In this document: piece by piece, positions 61,256 to 64,000 of the stretch
How positions within the stretch are numbered: the first letter of the stretch is position 1
Layout: every line of letters begins with the position of its first letter
DNA from: Chlorokybus atmophyticus
Lineage: Eukaryota; Plantae; Mesostigma and Chlorokybus algae
Length of the DNA stretch: 64,000 nt
Reading direction: 5' to 3'
Assembly (NCBI GenBank): GCA_009103225.1
Contig: RHPI01000810.1
Location: forward strand, 1,281,962-1,345,961
Notes under the pieces: generated by a model
Told to the model about the DNA's origin: nothing
Seen by the model: the letters and a program-made list of their open reading frames with translations, nothing else
The model's database searches: none
Position numbers and translations under genes: made by a program

Positions 61256-64000
61256 TCGTCAAGTTATCTGCAACTGCAGTTCCACTGGATGCCGCGGCAT
61301 GGTAAGCAGTGCGGTCTATGAGTTATGCAATCTATTGCTCTGACCAAAAGTCTCATAGGCACTGTCCAGTGTCTACGAGTCATGCACTCCATTGCTCTGA
61401 CCTAAAGTCTCATAGGCACTGTCCAGTGTCTACGACTTATGCATTCCTTTGCTGAGACCTAAGGACTCATAGGCACTGGACAGTGCTAGTCTGGTCTATG
61501 ACACAGCCATGCACGCGTGTGTCTTGCTTGTGATTCTTGATAGCGTGGTGATGTGGATTGGTGTTGATCGCTGGCGTGCTAACCAAAATTTGTCATCATA
61601 GATGGTGGACGAAGCAGTTGCAAGGGCGCACCGTGCACTTGACCTGGCAGTTGCCGCAAGCAGGTGGGCACCACCTATTCCCCATAGTCAACCTCTCGAG
61701 CCCAGCCAACCACCATCAGAGTCTGCTACGAAGAAGTGGCTGGATATCTACCTAAAGATTGTGACAGCCCTGGAAGATTCTAGTGTCCAGGTTGCTCTCG
61801 TCAACGAGATTATGAAACTCATCTTTGGCCAGATAAATTCTGTGGTCAAGCTGGCCTTGGAGGTTCCTTTTGAACAGGAGCAGTTGCGGGATGACATCGC
61901 CAGCCTCATAGGCGACACAATATCGCACAGCCCTGTCGCGGATGAGCTGCCGACAGACATTGCCGCCGTGGATAAACTGTTGGCCGCGCTCGGCATGCCT
62001 GTTCCTCAGCGCCTGACCGTCTGTCCCACATGCAAGTACTTGTTTGATGCACCTTATCCCACACTCAATGAAGATGACGAAGACTCGGACACGAGCGAGA
62101 CCAAGCAAAAAATGATTGATCGCCTTCGCAACACACCGTGCGGAGGGGGATGCGGCAGGGTTCGCAAAGAATGTTGCGACTTCTTGTACAATCGTGTAGG
62201 TGCCTGGCTCAGCGCCAAATTAGCTGTCCCTTCAATCGCTCACGACTATTTGGAGGAATGGCGCCACAAAAATGAGTGGTTGCACGTCCCTGTGGAACAA
62301 GTACCTGCTGCAAACACTGAGTACTGGCATGGTGCGAAGAAGCAGCATCACTGCAGCTTCTGGGACCCTCGCCACAAAATCAAGCTGCCTGTGTCCTGCG
62401 CATTCTGCCACCACATCCCGGATGTCGATTTGGAGCATCACAACGCAGGCGATCACGTGACATTTGAATGCTCAGGGTGCCACAAAACCAACCATCAGAT
62501 GGTACAGCAAGCTCTTGGCGACCCTCGCAACATAGCCCTGCTAATCCACGCCGACGGCTTCAGCTCAACAACCACTGTGAAGCACAGCTGCACCGTTGTC
62601 AGTGCCTCTGTGCTCAATGGCGGGAAGCGCATTTCCTCACAAGAGTCTTCCGTCATGCCTTTGCTCTTTGTTCCCACTGATCAGCTCCCAAACGGTGTGG
62701 ACAGTCTGGAGCCCTTTCTGGAACCACTGGTGCGTGACCTGGAGAACCTCTACTTGAACGGCTTCACTGTTCGTTATGGCCTCGATTCCAATCATGTCGA
62801 CAGCCGCGTGCTTGATCGACGACCAGGTAATGACTGGGTTATAACATGTTTTGTCACCTATATCACCCCAAGTCTCATAGGCACTGTCCAGAGTCTACAA
62901 CTTATGCAGTCCATTTTTGTGTATGCTAAAGTCTCATAGGCACTGTTCAGTGGCTGCGACTTGGTTATAGCATATCTGCCTTCTTGCGGTCTATGAGACT
63001 GTCATAGGCTGCACTGCCCAGTGCGGCCTATTACAGTCTCTATCAGACTGGTTGTGAGATACTGATGTTGACTTCATTGCAGGTCAAGAGATAACGCTGC
63101 GGGTAGTGCTGTGGGCATGGACGGGTGACCAGCCAGCGCAATGTGAGATAGGCCAGTTTAAGAATGGAGGCCTCGTCCCCTGCCGGCGTTGTCTCCTCAA
63201 AGCCACTCAGCACCAAGTGCCCCGGCGTGCTGAGCAGGGTGAAGATACTACGAGGACACGTACAGACCATTTTTATGGTGACAATCGCTATTACTGCCGC
63301 CATCCCCCAGCAGAGAGAGCAGCAAAGGATGCGTTCGACAACGCGTGCATGGTGGACTCACTCGATGGCCAAAACCGGAAAGAAAAATCAATGGAGTGCG
63401 GCATCACAGGGAAATCTCCACTCTGGCGGCTGTGGCATCTGTATGAGTTTAACCCTTGCCGTGACTTGGTCTATGACACGATGCACCTGTTGCTGGAGGG
63501 GCTTTGCAAAAGTTTCGTGCACAGTACGCTGGGTGCAGACAGTTCAAAGCATGTCGAAGACATTGCCAAGGTGGAGCGCAGGCTGTCTCAGATGCGCATA
63601 TCACGCCCCATGGACTTGAAGAGCAAACGTTTCCCAAGAGGCATCAGCAAGCACCTGGCTTGGTTCAAGGCCCAGGACTTGCAGATGTTCGTGCAGTATG
63701 CTGTGCCATACGCTGTGTCCGATCTGGTAGACGAAGCAACCAGAGACGTCAGCTTTGCGCTTCACTTGCTCATCCGCATCTTCTTCCACAACTCTCGCCT
63801 ACATGGCTGGACTGCGGAGCTGTTGGAACTTGCTGACGCTCTTTTGAAATATTGGAGGGTCTACTCGGAGGACCTGTTTGGCACCAACAAAAGGCCCAAC
63901 GAGCATGTGGCCGGTGCCGGTCACATTCTGGAGGACATCATCTGGCACGGGAGTCATGATGTGTACTGGTGTTTTGTGCAAGAGCGCACTGTGTCCAACT
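60695..64000 (+). CDS. CMC/EnSpm (CACTA-like) DDE transposase, spliced, open to the window edge
   Basis: Large exon 61602-62826 with VCPTC and DPRNIALLIHADGF...VMPLLFVP..DSLEPFLEPLVRDLENLYLNGF (Transposase_21-like). Exon 63083-64000 is stop-free: TLRVVLWAWTGDQPA, PCRRC, YDTMHLLLEG, FKAQDLQMF, GSHDVYWCFVQERT (DUF4218-like). The D-D-E candidates are all present. The 5' exons (60695 onward) are tentative. Confidence 0.88.
61314..61490 (+). repeat. Three ~57-bp tandem units (core AGTCTCATAGGCACTGTCCAG) in a transposase intron; same motif at 62870-63010
   Basis: CTCATAGGCACTG occurs at about 61352, 61409 and 61466, and again at about 62874 and 62934. Confidence 0.85.

Overview
Eukaryotic, intron-rich genomic DNA, most likely from a green alga (Viridiplantae; an early-diverging streptophyte alga is plausible but this is inference). 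Support: plant-type bifunctional HPPK-DHPS, thylakoid-lumen DEG5 with a twin-Arg signal, a transit-peptide aminopeptidase P, a land-plant-like tRNA-Thr(AGT), and short GC-balanced introns rich in GCAT/CA repeats, unlike seed-plant introns. Layout: 1-7.9 kb transposon debris and MITEs; an ARK-like armadillo gene lacking a visible kinesin motor (8.2-11.3 kb); a tRNA; a housekeeping block DBP4 > < HPPK-DHPS, APP > < DEG5 (15.6-32.3 kb); a 1.6-kb foldback; a tandem duplicate of the block with reciprocal gene loss (34.9-40.9 kb); an EGF-exostosin (GT47) gene; then a TE-rich accessory region with an NLR-type LRR relic, a CRE-like retrotransposon relic, an L1 relic, a CACTG MITE and an apparently intact CMC/EnSpm transposase. 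The standout is a six-exon minus-strand gene (53841-52020) that splices into a 419-aa protein: N-terminal hydrophobic anchor + SEFIR-type TIR domain + EDS1/PAD4-type EP domain (VEPIDIANYY ... HYLEADNRPDYY), with no lipase-like domain. EP domains are generally described as seed-plant-specific receptors for TIR-made small molecules. A direct TIR-EP fusion in an alga would be a candidate undescribed immune module and a clue to EDS1 origins. Three homopolymer/dinucleotide runs (1-88, 14027-14121, 50607-51540) look like assembly-gap artefacts. All homology calls are by-eye motif recall, not database searches.
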